64,000 bases of DNA from an uncultured Bilophila sp. (GCA_910585945.1 CAJUHZ010000003.1:4240-68239); one strand, 5' to 3'; positions 46,692 to 59,672 are shown, numbered from the stretch's first letter. Program-made: numbers and translations. Notes: generated by a model not told the origin, from the letters alone.

Positions 46692-46866
46692 TTAGGGTCA
46701 GCCCTCATGAAAACGCCTGCTGCAAAGCCGTCTTTTTGCGTCCGGCGGCGTTGCAAGGCGAACATTGACCTTGCTATGTTCAATACAGCTTCGCCCAATG
46801 TTTGCCCCTTGCCGGCCGGAAAAAACGGCTTTTCGTGGACGGCATTTTGATGAGGGCTGACCCTAA
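46692..46866 (-). mobile_element. Family-3 MITE-like element, full-length copy 3c (175 bp)
   Basis: Terminal inverted repeats TTAGGGTCAGCCCTCATGAAAA.GCC / GGCATTTTGATGAGGGCTGACCCTAA. The interior is collinear with the reverse complement of 3a and 3b. Confidence 0.88.
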
Positions 46867-47055
46867 CGCGCTCCTCCGCGCCCGCGCCAACGCGCCGCGC
46901 GGCTTTTCATGTCCCCGTTCGGGAACACAGCCTTGCCTTTCCGGGTGAGGTTTTTGGGGCGCCCCAAAGATGCTTTGCGCCGGGCGCCCACACAGAACTG
47001 TCGAGCAAGGGCTGGATCGTCAATCCTGTGACTATAGCTGGAAAGATATATTGCT

Positions 47056-48390
47056 ATGAGCAGCATCTGGACTTTTTTCGAAAATATGAATGAACTCGTC
47101 TATGTTGCCGACATGGATACATATGATCTTGTCTATATGAATAGAAGGACTCTGGAATCGTTCGAGTTTCATTCTGTCGAGGAAATCCGGGGGAAAAAGT
47201 GCTATGAAGTGCTCCAGCACAGCTCCGCACCCTGCGCCATGTGCACCAATCGGGAATTGAAGCCGACATATTTCAAGGAGTGGCAGTATTATAATCCTGT
47301 TGTTGAAAAATACTTCCTCCTCAAGGACTCCATGATAGAGGAAAGCGGGCGGCGTTTTCGCATAGAGTTCGCCCTTGATGTCAGCGCCCAGGAAGAACAG
47401 AACCGCGCGATCCGCGAGCATCATGATCTTGAGAAACTCGTGAACGAGGCATTGCGGATTGCGCTTCAGGCGTCCTCTCCTGACGAATCCATCAATATTC
47501 TTCTGGAGTACCTGGGGAAAGCCCTGAATGGGGATCGGACCTACATTTTTGAGAGAAATGAAGAGGGCGGAGATGACAACACCTATGAGTGGACAGCATC
47601 TGGCGTGACGCCCGAAAAAGACAATCTGCAGGATCTGCCCCCCGACGTCTGCGCAAGCTGGTATCGGATGTTCAGGAAAAACAAGCATATCATTATTGAT
47701 AAGCTGGAAGATATCCAGGAAGAAGAGCCAGTGCAGTACGAGATACTGAAACGGCAGAATATTCATTCGCTCGTGGTCGTTCCGTTATACGATGACGACA
47801 AGGTCATCGCTTTTTACGGCGTGGACAATCCTCCCGGGAAGTATGTGGAATATGCTTCGAACATGCTGCAAATCATGGGGCATTTTATCATTTCCGTGCT
47901 GAGGAGGAGAAATCTCGTCAGGCAGTTGCAGGAGATGAGTTACCTTGACCAGCTTACGCGGTTCGGCAACAGACATGCCATGGATGAGCGCATCGCGGAT
48001 ATACGGCCTGGCGAAAGTATCGGCGCTGTCTATTGTGATGTGACGGGGCTGAAACAGGTCAATGATACAGAAGGACATAAAGCCGGCGACAGGCTTATTC
48101 TCCGCGCCTGTGACTGTTTGCGGGAAGTGTTTGGCGACCAGAGCCTGTTCCGTATCGGCGGCGATGAGTTTCTGGTTTTGTGCGCGCGAATGGGTGAAAA
48201 GGAGCTTGCGGAGCGGGTGGAATCATTAAAAAGGGTTCTGCGGGAGCATTCCGTCATCCTGGCAGTGGGCGTCAGTTGGGTTGCGGACGGAGCCGGGAAG
48301 ATGGATGAGCTTTTATCTGTATCGGAAAGCCGGATGTACAAGGATAAAAGCATTCATTACAGGACGTTGCGAATAGACCGGAGAAAATAG
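47056..48390 (+). CDS. PAS-GAF-GGDEF diguanylate cyclase
   Basis: The C-terminus has GNRHA...YCDVTGLKQVND...RIGGDEFLVL (intact GGDEF). The N-terminus is PAS-like with a CxxC. The gene is visibly AT-richer than its neighbours. Confidence 0.88.
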   Translation: MSSIWTFFENMNELVYVADMDTYDLVYMNRRTLESFEFHSVEEIRGKKCYEVLQHSSAPCAMCTNRELKPTYFKEWQYYNPVVEKYFLLKDSMIEESGRRFRIEFALDVSAQEEQNRAIREHHDLEKLVNEALRIALQASSPDESINILLEYLGKALNGDRTYIFERNEEGGDDNTYEWTASGVTPEKDNLQDLPPDVCASWYRMFRKNKHIIIDKLEDIQEEEPVQYEILKRQNIHSLVVVPLYDDDKVIAFYGVDNPPGKYVEYASNMLQIMGHFIISVLRRRNLVRQLQEMSYLDQLTRFGNRHAMDERIADIRPGESIGAVYCDVTGLKQVNDTEGHKAGDRLILRACDCLREVFGDQSLFRIGGDEFLVLCARMGEKELAERVESLKRVLREHSVILAVGVSWVADGAGKMDELLSVSESRMYKDKSIHYRTLRIDRRK

Positions 48391-48526
48391 CGCAGGAGCC
48401 GACGGCGGGATGCGCACGTCAGGAGAGTTGCGTCTTCCGCTCCACGCCGCTCTCTTGCGGCCAGGCTTCGCTCTCGCATTCGACAGGCGTCTGTCCGTCG
48501 GCTCCTTCCCCAAATACGTTGCGTTT

Positions 48527-48934
48527 TCAGCGGGAGGGCGATCCGCCGCCGAGTTTCGCCTGAACCTTGCTCTCAAATCTGGCCTTGTCGACAATGGCCC
48601 GCTCATGCGTGCCTGTGCCGATAAGTCCGGCTTCATCGTAGGCGTTCACCCTGAAGGTGAGGATTTTGCCGTTGGGCGCGACTTCCGCAAGTTCCGTTTC
48701 AATGCGGACTTTCATGCCCGGAGGCGTCGCGGCCACATGCGAGACGTTCACCCGGGTCCCGACAGTCGTTTGCCCCGGCGCAAGCTCCGTTTCAATGGAA
48801 GCCGCCGCCGTGCCCTCAATGGCCGCAATCATCATGGGGGTGGCGTAGACGGCCACCAGTCCGCTCCCGGCGCGGCTTGCCAGAAGATCTTCCGTCACCG
48901 TCAGTTCCCGATGCCCCTTGATGCCTGGTTTCAT
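48527..48934 (-). CDS. Hotdog-fold thioesterase
   Basis: MKPGIKGHRELTVTEDLLA...GTRVNVSHVAATPPGMKV...: pattern of thioesterase-superfamily proteins (fluoroacetyl-CoA-thioesterase-like). Confidence 0.72.
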   Translation of the reverse strand: MKPGIKGHRELTVTEDLLASRAGSGLVAVYATPMMIAAIEGTAAASIETELAPGQTTVGTRVNVSHVAATPPGMKVRIETELAEVAPNGKILTFRVNAYDEAGLIGTGTHERAIVDKARFESKVQAKLGGGSPSR

Positions 48935-48993
48935 CCGTTTGCCCCTTTGAAAAAGACAGGTTGTCATGTGGGGCGCTGCCCCACCCCCCGCCG

Positions 48994-49008
48994 GGGGCAT
49001 GATGCCCC
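48994..49008. repeat. Palindrome GGGGCAT-G-ATGCCCC, copy 1
   Basis: 7-1-7 palindrome embedded in ccgccggggg...ccccgg, 60 bp upstream of the thioesterase ATG. Confidence 0.85.
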
Positions 49009-49134
49009 GGCCCCCTCAGTTAAGGTCACGAAATGCCTTGTGGCCGTTGGCAGGCAGAGTGAGCGCGTGCAAGCGGCCCACGCTCCACCCGCTCACGAGA
49101 GGTTTTGCCGCCAGGCAAAGCCGCCGCCGGGGGT

Positions 49135-49155
49135 GCAGGGGCATGATGCCCCTGC
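49135..49155. repeat. Palindrome GCAGGGGCAT-G-ATGCCCCTGC, copy 2
   Basis: Same 15-bp core as 48994..49008, extended to 10-1-10, located 144 bp from copy 1. It lies 51 bp downstream of the ackA stop. Confidence 0.85.
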
Positions 49156-49205
49156 CGGGGGGGGCGGGAAGCCCCCAACAGCTCTTGACCCGCTACCGCC
49201 GAATG

Positions 49206-50417
49206 TTACTTGCCTTCGGTCAGACGGGCCGTTGTCAGGGCGATTTCCAGTTCCTCATTGGTGGGAACGATGAGAACCGGCACGGCTGTTCCGGGCTTGC
49301 TGATCGAGCGCGGCGTGGAGGAGCGCACGGCGTTGGCGTCAAGATCCAGGGCGATGCCGAGGTGATCAAGGCCGTCGCACACCCGGGCGCGCACGATATC
49401 GTCATTTTCACCGATGCCGGCGGTGAAGACCACCGCGTCCAGCCGTCCGAGCACGGCCATGTACGCGCCGATGTACTTTTTGATCCGGTAGACGAACATG
49501 TCGAGGGCAAGCGCGGCCCTGGCGTCGCCCTTTTCGCAGGCGGCGTGGATGTCGCGCATGTCGTTCAGCCCGCAAATGCCTTTCAGGCCGGACTCCTTGT
49601 TCATCAGCATATCCACTTCCCCGGCGGATTTGCCCATTTTTTCCACGAGGAAAGGAACAATGGCCGGGTCGATGGAGCCGCAACGGGTTCCCATCATCAG
49701 GCCGTCCAGCGGAGTTGTGCCCATTGTGGTGTCGACGCACTTGCCGTTTTTCACCGCGGCCATGGAGCAGCCGTTGCCAAGGTGGCAGGTGATCAGGTTC
49801 ACTTCGTTGACGGATTTGCCGAGAAACTCCGCCGTCTTGCGCGTGACATAGCGATGCGATGTGCCGTGGAAGCCGTAGCGGCGCACGCGGTACTCCGTAT
49901 AAACCGAGTAGGGCAGAGGATAGAGGTAGGCGGCTTCCGGCATGGTCTGGTGAAATTCCGTGTCAAAGACGCCCACATTGGGCACGCCGGGGAAGAGTTC
50001 CTCGGCCACTTCGATGCCCGCAAGGTTGGCCGGGTTGTGCAGGGGGGAGAGGTGGAAGTTGTCGCGAATAAGTTCCTTGATCCGATCATCAATGATCACG
50101 GATTCCTTGATCGCTTCGCCTCCCATCACCACGCGGTGGCCGATGGCATGAACTTCATCCTTGGACTTGATCACGCCCTTCTGCGGGTCCGTAATGGCCG
50201 CCACAACCGCCTTCATCCCCTCAACATGGTTGGCGAAGGGGCGCTCGGTGGTGATTTTTTCTTCAGCGTCGCTGTCGGGAGCGATTTTATGCACCATGCG
50301 GCCCATGACTTCACCGATGCGTTCGACCAGCCCGCCGCACAGCACATGGTGCCTGTCCATGTCGATGAGTTGATACTTGAAGGAAGAACTGCCTGCATTG
50401 ATCACCAAGACGTTCAT
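49206..50417 (-). CDS. ackA: Acetate kinase
   Basis: MNVLVINAGSSSFKYQLIDM N-terminus and HLGNG. 403 aa counted from the internal ATG. Confidence 0.95.
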   Translation of the reverse strand: MNVLVINAGSSSFKYQLIDMDRHHVLCGGLVERIGEVMGRMVHKIAPDSDAEEKITTERPFANHVEGMKAVVAAITDPQKGVIKSKDEVHAIGHRVVMGGEAIKESVIIDDRIKELIRDNFHLSPLHNPANLAGIEVAEELFPGVPNVGVFDTEFHQTMPEAAYLYPLPYSVYTEYRVRRYGFHGTSHRYVTRKTAEFLGKSVNEVNLITCHLGNGCSMAAVKNGKCVDTTMGTTPLDGLMMGTRCGSIDPAIVPFLVEKMGKSAGEVDMLMNKESGLKGICGLNDMRDIHAACEKGDARAALALDMFVYRIKKYIGAYMAVLGRLDAVVFTAGIGENDDIVRARVCDGLDHLGIALDLDANAVRSSTPRSISKPGTAVPVLIVPTNEELEIALTTARLTEGK

Positions 50418-50596
50418 GCTTGTTCCTGTCCTGTTGAGGTGACGACGCCGCGTCGGGAATACCTCCCCGCCGCGCCTTTGCGGAGCCGCATCCATTGAGA
50501 TGGCGTCCGGATCTCAACGGATTTTCCCCGCAGCCGAAAAGGCGGGCGGACTGACCTCCGGCCTTCGCGGGCGCGGGGGCGGCTCGCGCGTCCCCG

Positions 50597-50656
50597 AAAA
50601 ACTGTCCGGAACAAGGCGTCTGCCGCACTGCCGCGTCAGACGCTTGCCCGGACAGG
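50597..50656 (-). terminator. Nested hairpin + T-run between pta and ackA
   Basis: On the minus strand: cctgtccgg...(gcgtctg...cagacgc)...ccggacag followed by TTTTT, immediately downstream of the pta stop. Confidence 0.45.
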
Positions 50657-50666
50657 AAAATGGCTT

Positions 50667-52793
50667 CTATTCAAGCGTAATAAGACCCTTTTCCGCCTGC
50701 GCCTGAATCGCCGTAATGGCCACGGTGTTGATGATGTCGGGCACGGTGCAGCCGCGCGAGAGGTCGTTGACCGGGCGGTTCAGTCCCTGCAGAACCGGGC
50801 CGATGGCGATGGCGTCCGCCGCGCGTTGAACCGCCTTGTAAGTGTTGTTGCCCGTGTTCAGATCCGGGAAGATGAAGACAGTGGCCCTGCCCGCCACCGG
50901 GCTTTTCGGAGCCTTTGTCCGCGCGACTTCCGGATCGATCGCCGCATCGTACTGCAAGGGGCCGTCGAGCGCCAGATCCGGCGCGTGTTCCCTGGCAAGT
51001 TTTGTGGCTTCAATGACCACATCCACATCCGCGCCCTTGCCGGACCCGCCGGTGGAGTAGGAAAGCATGGCCACGCGCGGCTCAATGCCAAAGACGCGCG
51101 CGGTGTGCGCCGAACTGACGGCGATATCGGCGAGCTGCGCCGCCGTGGGGTTCGGGTTGACGGCGCAATCGCCGAAGACGAGAACCCGATCCTTCAGGCA
51201 CATCAGGAACACGCTGGAGACGATGGAGGCGTTCGCCTTTGTCTTGATGATTTCAAACGCGGGGCGGATCGTGTGCGCCGTGGTGTTGATGGACCCCGAA
51301 ACCATGCCGTCCGCCGCGTCCTTGTACACCATCATGGTGGCGAAATACGTCGCGTCGGCCATGCGATCCCGTGCGTCGTCCAGGGTGATGCCCTTGCTTT
51401 TGCGCAGCTTGTGGTATTCCTGCACATATTCTTCGTACAGGGGCGATTTTTCAGGCTCCACTATCCGGACCTCCGGCAGCATCAGGCCCATTTCATCGAT
51501 TTTTCGGCGGATGGCCTGCTCGTCGCCAAGCAGGATGATTTCCGCCACCTCGCGCTGGCACAGGGCTTCGGCCGCTTTCAGGATGCGTTCTTCGGCCCCT
51601 TCGGGCAGGACGATGCGCATCCTGTGCCGTCTGGCCTGTTCGAGCAGCTTGAATTCAAACATCATGGGCGTCATGCGGCTGGAACGATGGTTGATGAGGC
51701 GGGGGGCGAGCACGTCCCCGTCCACATTGCGTTCAAACAGGGCAATGGCGGTATTGATCTTGCGGGTGTCGCCGGGAGCGATGGTGATGGTGTTCTGAAT
51801 CCTGGTCAGCGCCTGCAAGGCTTCGTAGGTGTTTTCGGGGACGGACAGGAGCGGCACGGGCGCGCCCGTCCACCCGCACGTCAGGCTGAGAATGGAAGTG
51901 GCCAGGTCCAGGCCGCCCGTCAGAAGGATGCCGGAAACATTGGGGTACGCCGGCGAGAGCCGGGAGGCGAGGGCCGCCAGCACAATGTCGGAACGATCGC
52001 CCGGCGTCACCACCAGAAGGCCGTTTTTGAGGTGATCAAGAAAATGTCCGGCCTGCATGGCGGCGACAACGTAGTCCTGCACGGGAACGTCAAGCGAGTT
52101 TTCCCCATAGATGATCTTGGCGTTCATGCTTTTCTGGATGTTCGCCAGGGTTGGTTTGCCGAGCAGGGGTTCGTCCTCGATCATGTAGATCGGAACAGCC
52201 GGGCAGGAGAATTCGTTGCACAGCACGCTCTTGCACTGTTCGCGTTCCTCGGGCGACAGCGTGACGCGATTGACGAACACGCAACTGACTTCCTGCTGCC
52301 GCGCCGTGAGCAGTTCCATGCTTGTTCTGGCGGAAGCGCGGATTTCGTCGGCGTTTTTGCCGTGCCCGCTGATCACAAGGGCGATGGGCATGTTGAGGTT
52401 GGTGGCGATTTCGGCATTCAGCTCGAACTGGAAGGCGGCGTTCTTGCCCAGGTAGTCTGTGCCCTGGCAGAGCACAAAGTCGTAGTTTGCTTCCAGTTGT
52501 TTGTATTTATGGATGATTTTTTCGATAAGAACAGAGGATTTGCCTTGCGTGATCAGCGCGCGCGCTTCTTCATACACGCAGGCGTAGGTGTCTTCATAGG
52601 GAATTTTGAGGTCGAACTGGCGCAGGATGAGTTCGACGTCATGATCCTGGCGCGCCGTATCCGTGGAATAGATGATGGGATGAAAAAACGCCACACGGTG
52701 AACATGGCGCTTGAGCATCTGCATAAGACCAAGGGTGATGGCGGATTTGCCGCTGTTCGGTTCCGTGGCGGTAATGTACAAGCTGTTCGCCAT
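50667..52793 (-). CDS. pta: Phosphate acetyltransferase (long form with N-terminal DRTGG/AAA-like domain)
   Basis: MANSLYITATEPNSGKSAITLGLMQ N-terminus and a C-terminal PTA_PTB domain. 708 aa. Confidence 0.93.
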   Translation of the reverse strand: MANSLYITATEPNSGKSAITLGLMQMLKRHVHRVAFFHPIIYSTDTARQDHDVELILRQFDLKIPYEDTYACVYEEARALITQGKSSVLIEKIIHKYKQLEANYDFVLCQGTDYLGKNAAFQFELNAEIATNLNMPIALVISGHGKNADEIRASARTSMELLTARQQEVSCVFVNRVTLSPEEREQCKSVLCNEFSCPAVPIYMIEDEPLLGKPTLANIQKSMNAKIIYGENSLDVPVQDYVVAAMQAGHFLDHLKNGLLVVTPGDRSDIVLAALASRLSPAYPNVSGILLTGGLDLATSILSLTCGWTGAPVPLLSVPENTYEALQALTRIQNTITIAPGDTRKINTAIALFERNVDGDVLAPRLINHRSSRMTPMMFEFKLLEQARRHRMRIVLPEGAEERILKAAEALCQREVAEIILLGDEQAIRRKIDEMGLMLPEVRIVEPEKSPLYEEYVQEYHKLRKSKGITLDDARDRMADATYFATMMVYKDAADGMVSGSINTTAHTIRPAFEIIKTKANASIVSSVFLMCLKDRVLVFGDCAVNPNPTAAQLADIAVSSAHTARVFGIEPRVAMLSYSTGGSGKGADVDVVIEATKLAREHAPDLALDGPLQYDAAIDPEVARTKAPKSPVAGRATVFIFPDLNTGNNTYKAVQRAADAIAIGPVLQGLNRPVNDLSRGCTVPDIINTVAITAIQAQAEKGLITLE

Positions 52794-52896
52794 GACGAGA
52801 CTCCGTGATGTGAAGTGGCCCTGCACCCGTGCCGGATACAGGGAAAACGGGGAGAAAGGCAAAAAGCCTTCCTCCCCGCCGCTGTTGCAGGAGAAG

Positions 52897-56511
<3,615 letters not shown>

Positions 56512-56861
56512 CTACCGGCCAGAGCCGGCCCTCAGCATACACGTTCTTCCAATATCTCACAATTGTCTGCCTTTCAAAAATCCGCAGACGCCTCCGTGCT
56601 CTGTCGCGTGTCGTCGGCAGGGCGTTTTCACGGTGAAAAGATTCTGCCATAAAATTGATTGATTGAACAGTTTATTTTTGCGGGGGTAGACGAAATCTTT
56701 TGTCGCCGTGCGGCCGATGTGTCGTCAGAATTCTGGCATGGAAAGAGATCACGCTGATAAACAGCATTGAATCTGCAGGGATACGCGCATTGGAACACAT
56801 ATTGCTTTCCCATTGTCAAAAACCCGTGAGAACCGGCAAGCCCCGGAAACGAGGAGGGCAT

Positions 56862-57425
56862 ATGTTTTTTCTTCTGGGCGGCAACGAGAAAAAGACGCGC
56901 AAAGCGCCGGCCAAGGCTGACGGTGTTTCCGAGCGTGTGAAAGAGCTGTTTCTGAGCGGGCGTTTCCCCGTGGTCACGACAGATCGGGTTGAAGGAAAGG
57001 AAATATCCAAGGTGCTCGGCCTGGTGTGCTGCCGCGGCTATGACTCCGAAGAGGCTTTTTTCGGCATGGCTTCCCGCGCGGTGAACAAGGGCGCGCACGC
57101 CATTGTCGGCTATATTGAAAATGTGGCCTTCCACCCCGACGGGAGCAAGTATTTCTCCTGCTACGGCACGGCGGTCATGTTTGAATGGGAGCCGGAGGAA
57201 AAATTCGGGGCGGCCGCGCTGCTTTCCCTGAAGCGTCCCCAGGTCTCCGGCGTTCAGGAAGAAGTCCGGCAGGACTTGTTGCGTGCCGCCTCCATGCGGG
57301 ACGAGAGCGTGCCGCCCCTTCGTCCGGGGATGCGCGTCAGCAAAGTGACGCCGCAAGACGACCTGGGCCTTGATCTTGAGGATTCGCTGGCCGAAGAAAT
57401 CGCCCCCCGCCAACGGCGCGGATAG
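56862..57425 (+). CDS. Hypothetical protein with YbjQ/UPF0145-like core and acidic C-terminal extension
   Basis: ATG follows GAGGAGGG. GAHAIVGYIENVAFHPDGSKYFSCYGTAVMFE resembles the UPF0145 C-terminal pattern. Motif-level evidence only. Confidence 0.5.
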   Translation: MFFLLGGNEKKTRKAPAKADGVSERVKELFLSGRFPVVTTDRVEGKEISKVLGLVCCRGYDSEEAFFGMASRAVNKGAHAIVGYIENVAFHPDGSKYFSCYGTAVMFEWEPEEKFGAAALLSLKRPQVSGVQEEVRQDLLRAASMRDESVPPLRPGMRVSKVTPQDDLGLDLEDSLAEEIAPRQRRG

Positions 57426-57560
57426 AGCAATTTTTCATGAAAAATTGCTCTGGCGGACGCGTATAAGCGGACGCCAGCGCCGTAATGAGCTTGAAAACCA
57501 CGTTTTTTCGCGAACGATCCTGCAAAAATTCTTCGCAGAATTTTTGCAATCAGACACCAG
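57423..57560 (+). repeat. Mosaic repeat (family-2-type left half + family-1-type right half), copy 1D
   Basis: Order: TAG stop, then hairpin gagcaattttt-catg-aaaaattgctc, then ctggcg...cgccag, then core gtaatgagcttgaaaaccacgttttttcgcgaacgatcc, then the 28-bp palindrome tgcaaaaattcttcgcagaatttttgca, then atcagacaccag. Confidence 0.8.
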
Positions 57561-57569
57561 ATGCCGATA

Positions 57570-57600
57570 CGCCTTGAGCGAACGCCTCAAGGCGTTTTCT
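57570..57600 (+). terminator. Rho-independent terminator
   Basis: cgccttgag - cgaacgc - ctcaaggcg followed by TTTTCT. Confidence 0.6.
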
Positions 57601-57657
57601 CCCGGCGGCGTCAATATGGAACAGGCTGACGCCGCCGGGTTGTCCTGATTCGCATTC

Positions 57658-58011
57658 CTACGCCCGGATGCCGTCGCGAAAAACTTCCAGATTGTTGGGT
57701 TCGCCTTCCTTGTGATCGTCGCGGTACAGGAGCGCCGACATGTAAAAGACGGAGCCGAGCGACAGGGAGTGTCGCGCCGCGGCGGAGAAGCGCTTCAACT
57801 GTTTCACAACGGTCTCGCGCTGATCGGGCGCAAGGCCGTCCAGATAAGGAGTCGCGTTCCTGAAAAGCTCCGCCAGCAATTCGGCTTTCTGGCGCATTGC
57901 GTCACGGTAGGCGTCGGCATCGCCGGCAGCGGCGGCCGCCTTGCCTCTTGCTTCCAGCGCGGCCACATCCTGGCAACGCGCCTCAAGCCACTCCGCAAAT
58001 GTCTTGTTCAT
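57658..58011 (-). CDS. Hypothetical helical protein
   Basis: 117-aa ORF with good GC3 bias. No recognisable motif. Confidence 0.5.
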   Translation of the reverse strand: MNKTFAEWLEARCQDVAALEARGKAAAAAGDADAYRDAMRQKAELLAELFRNATPYLDGLAPDQRETVVKQLKRFSAAARHSLSLGSVFYMSALLYRDDHKEGEPNNLEVFRDGIRA

Positions 58012-58189
58012 GGATGATTCCCCCGATATCTGCCGGTTCCCGAGTCGAGCGCGGGCCGCTCTCCAGCCTCAAGGCGATCTTTTGCCCATCCGCGGAAATA
58101 CAACGCGCGCAATGAAAATGGTATAGACTCCGACCGCAAGGCGGAACCCGGGCCGATTTTCGGATAGCACGGGCGAGGTTGTTTTTCAA

Positions 58190-59362
58190 TCATCCCCTTT
58201 CGCTTGCGCGGCGGCAGGCAAGCAGCGCGCAAAAGCCTCCCAGCGCAAGCAGCGCGCCGGTCACGGCCGTGGCCGGATACCCGAACCCGAGCCGCAGGGT
58301 CAGCCCGCCGCAGAATGCGCCCAGGGCGTTGCCGATGTTGAAGCCTACCTGCGCCAGGGCCGCGCCGAGCATCTCGCCGCCCTTGGAGTGCCGGATAAGC
58401 AGCATCTGTTGCGGCGCGCCCAGGGCAAACATGCTGGCCGTGCACACGAACATGAGGCAGAGGGCCGGCAGGGGAGCGGCGGCCAGAAAAAAGGTCAGCG
58501 CAAGCGCAAGGCACACGAGACCCTGCGTGGAGGCGGCGATGCCGCCCGGGCTGAAGCGGCCGGAGGCTTTGCCGCTCAAGAGGTTGCCCGCGACCATGCC
58601 AAGCCCGGCCAGAGCCATGATCAGCGGCATCCTGGCGGGGGCGAACCCCGCGGTTTCCGTCATCAGGGGCGTGATGTAGCTGTACCAGCAAAAGATCCCG
58701 CCGTTGCCGAGCAGAATGGCGAGCGTGAGCAGCCACGGCATGGGGGATTTGAGAAAGCGGAATTGATTCCGGAAGGCGGCGCGCCCGTGGCCTGTGGATC
58801 CGGGCAGGGCCGGAACCCACAGGGCAATGGCGGCGGCGATGAGGCATCCCGCCCCGGCCACCAGGGCATAGCCGGCGCGCCAGGAGACGAATCCGGCGAT
58901 CAGTGTGGCGCCCGGCACGCCGGCCAGGTTGGCGAACGTGGCTCCGGAAAAGACAATGGCCAGCGCCATGAGCGCCCTTGCGCGATCCGTCAGCCTGTCG
59001 GCCACAACGGCCGCCATGCCGAAATACGCGCCGTGCGGCAGTCCGGCCGCGAAGCGAGCCGCCAGCATGTCCGCGGAGCTTCCGGCCAGGGCCGTCCACA
59101 GATTGCCGGCGATGAAAACCGCCATGAGAATGAGCAGAACGCTTTTCGGCGGCCGTGAGCCGGCAAGGACAGCCGTGGCCGGAGCGCCGACGCACACGCC
59201 GATCGCATAGGCCGAAATGAAATGACCGGCATCCGGCACGCTGACGCCAAGCCCCGTCGCCACAGCCGGCAACATGCCCATCATGGAGAATTCGGACAGG
59301 CACATGCCGAACGTGCCGGCAGCCAGAGCCAGAAGACTTTTGGAAAGCGGGCTGACGGCCAC
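58190..59362 (-). CDS. MFS transporter (AraJ/sugar-efflux-like)
   Basis: 390 aa, about 12 hydrophobic segments. N-terminus LAAGTFGMCLSEFSMMGMLP is typical of the DHA1/AraJ subgroup. Confidence 0.85.
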   Translation of the reverse strand: MAVSPLSKSLLALAAGTFGMCLSEFSMMGMLPAVATGLGVSVPDAGHFISAYAIGVCVGAPATAVLAGSRPPKSVLLILMAVFIAGNLWTALAGSSADMLAARFAAGLPHGAYFGMAAVVADRLTDRARALMALAIVFSGATFANLAGVPGATLIAGFVSWRAGYALVAGAGCLIAAAIALWVPALPGSTGHGRAAFRNQFRFLKSPMPWLLTLAILLGNGGIFCWYSYITPLMTETAGFAPARMPLIMALAGLGMVAGNLLSGKASGRFSPGGIAASTQGLVCLALALTFFLAAAPLPALCLMFVCTASMFALGAPQQMLLIRHSKGGEMLGAALAQVGFNIGNALGAFCGGLTLRLGFGYPATAVTGALLALGGFCALLACRRASERG

Positions 59363-59391
59363 GGATTTTTCCGGCGCTTTTACTGAGGCTC

Positions 59392-59634
59392 TCAGACGAA
59401 ATCCGGATCCACAGCGGCCCGTCCGTCAGACAGCAGAACCTTGAGGAAGCGCACGGTGTGGTCATCCACGGGCAACAGCGGGAAGGGCTGGCCGCACGCG
59501 TCGCACAGCACCTGCGCCGGCTGCGTGGGCGCAAGCACGGTGGTCTTGCGGCCGCAGTGCGGGCACGGGTAGGAGAAAAGCAGTTGCATGTCGCAGGGAG
59601 CGACGGGTTGCAGAGGACGCCGGGATTTCATCAA
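59392..59634 (-). CDS. Small zinc-ribbon protein
   Basis: 80 aa with CPHC-N17-CDAC. Located 29 bp upstream of the MFS gene. Confidence 0.5.
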   Translation of the reverse strand: MMKSRRPLQPVAPCDMQLLFSYPCPHCGRKTTVLAPTQPAQVLCDACGQPFPLLPVDDHTVRFLKVLLSDGRAAVDPDFV

Positions 59635-59672
59635 TGGTTCCTTTTATGCGCTGGCGTTTTGTGGACCGGGCT

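Noticed and set aside
48966-50498. 510-aa plus-strand ORF spanning the palindrome region and ackA.
   Set aside because: It is antisense to ackA, and its N-terminal part is translated from the G/C-rich palindromes. It shows no domain signature.
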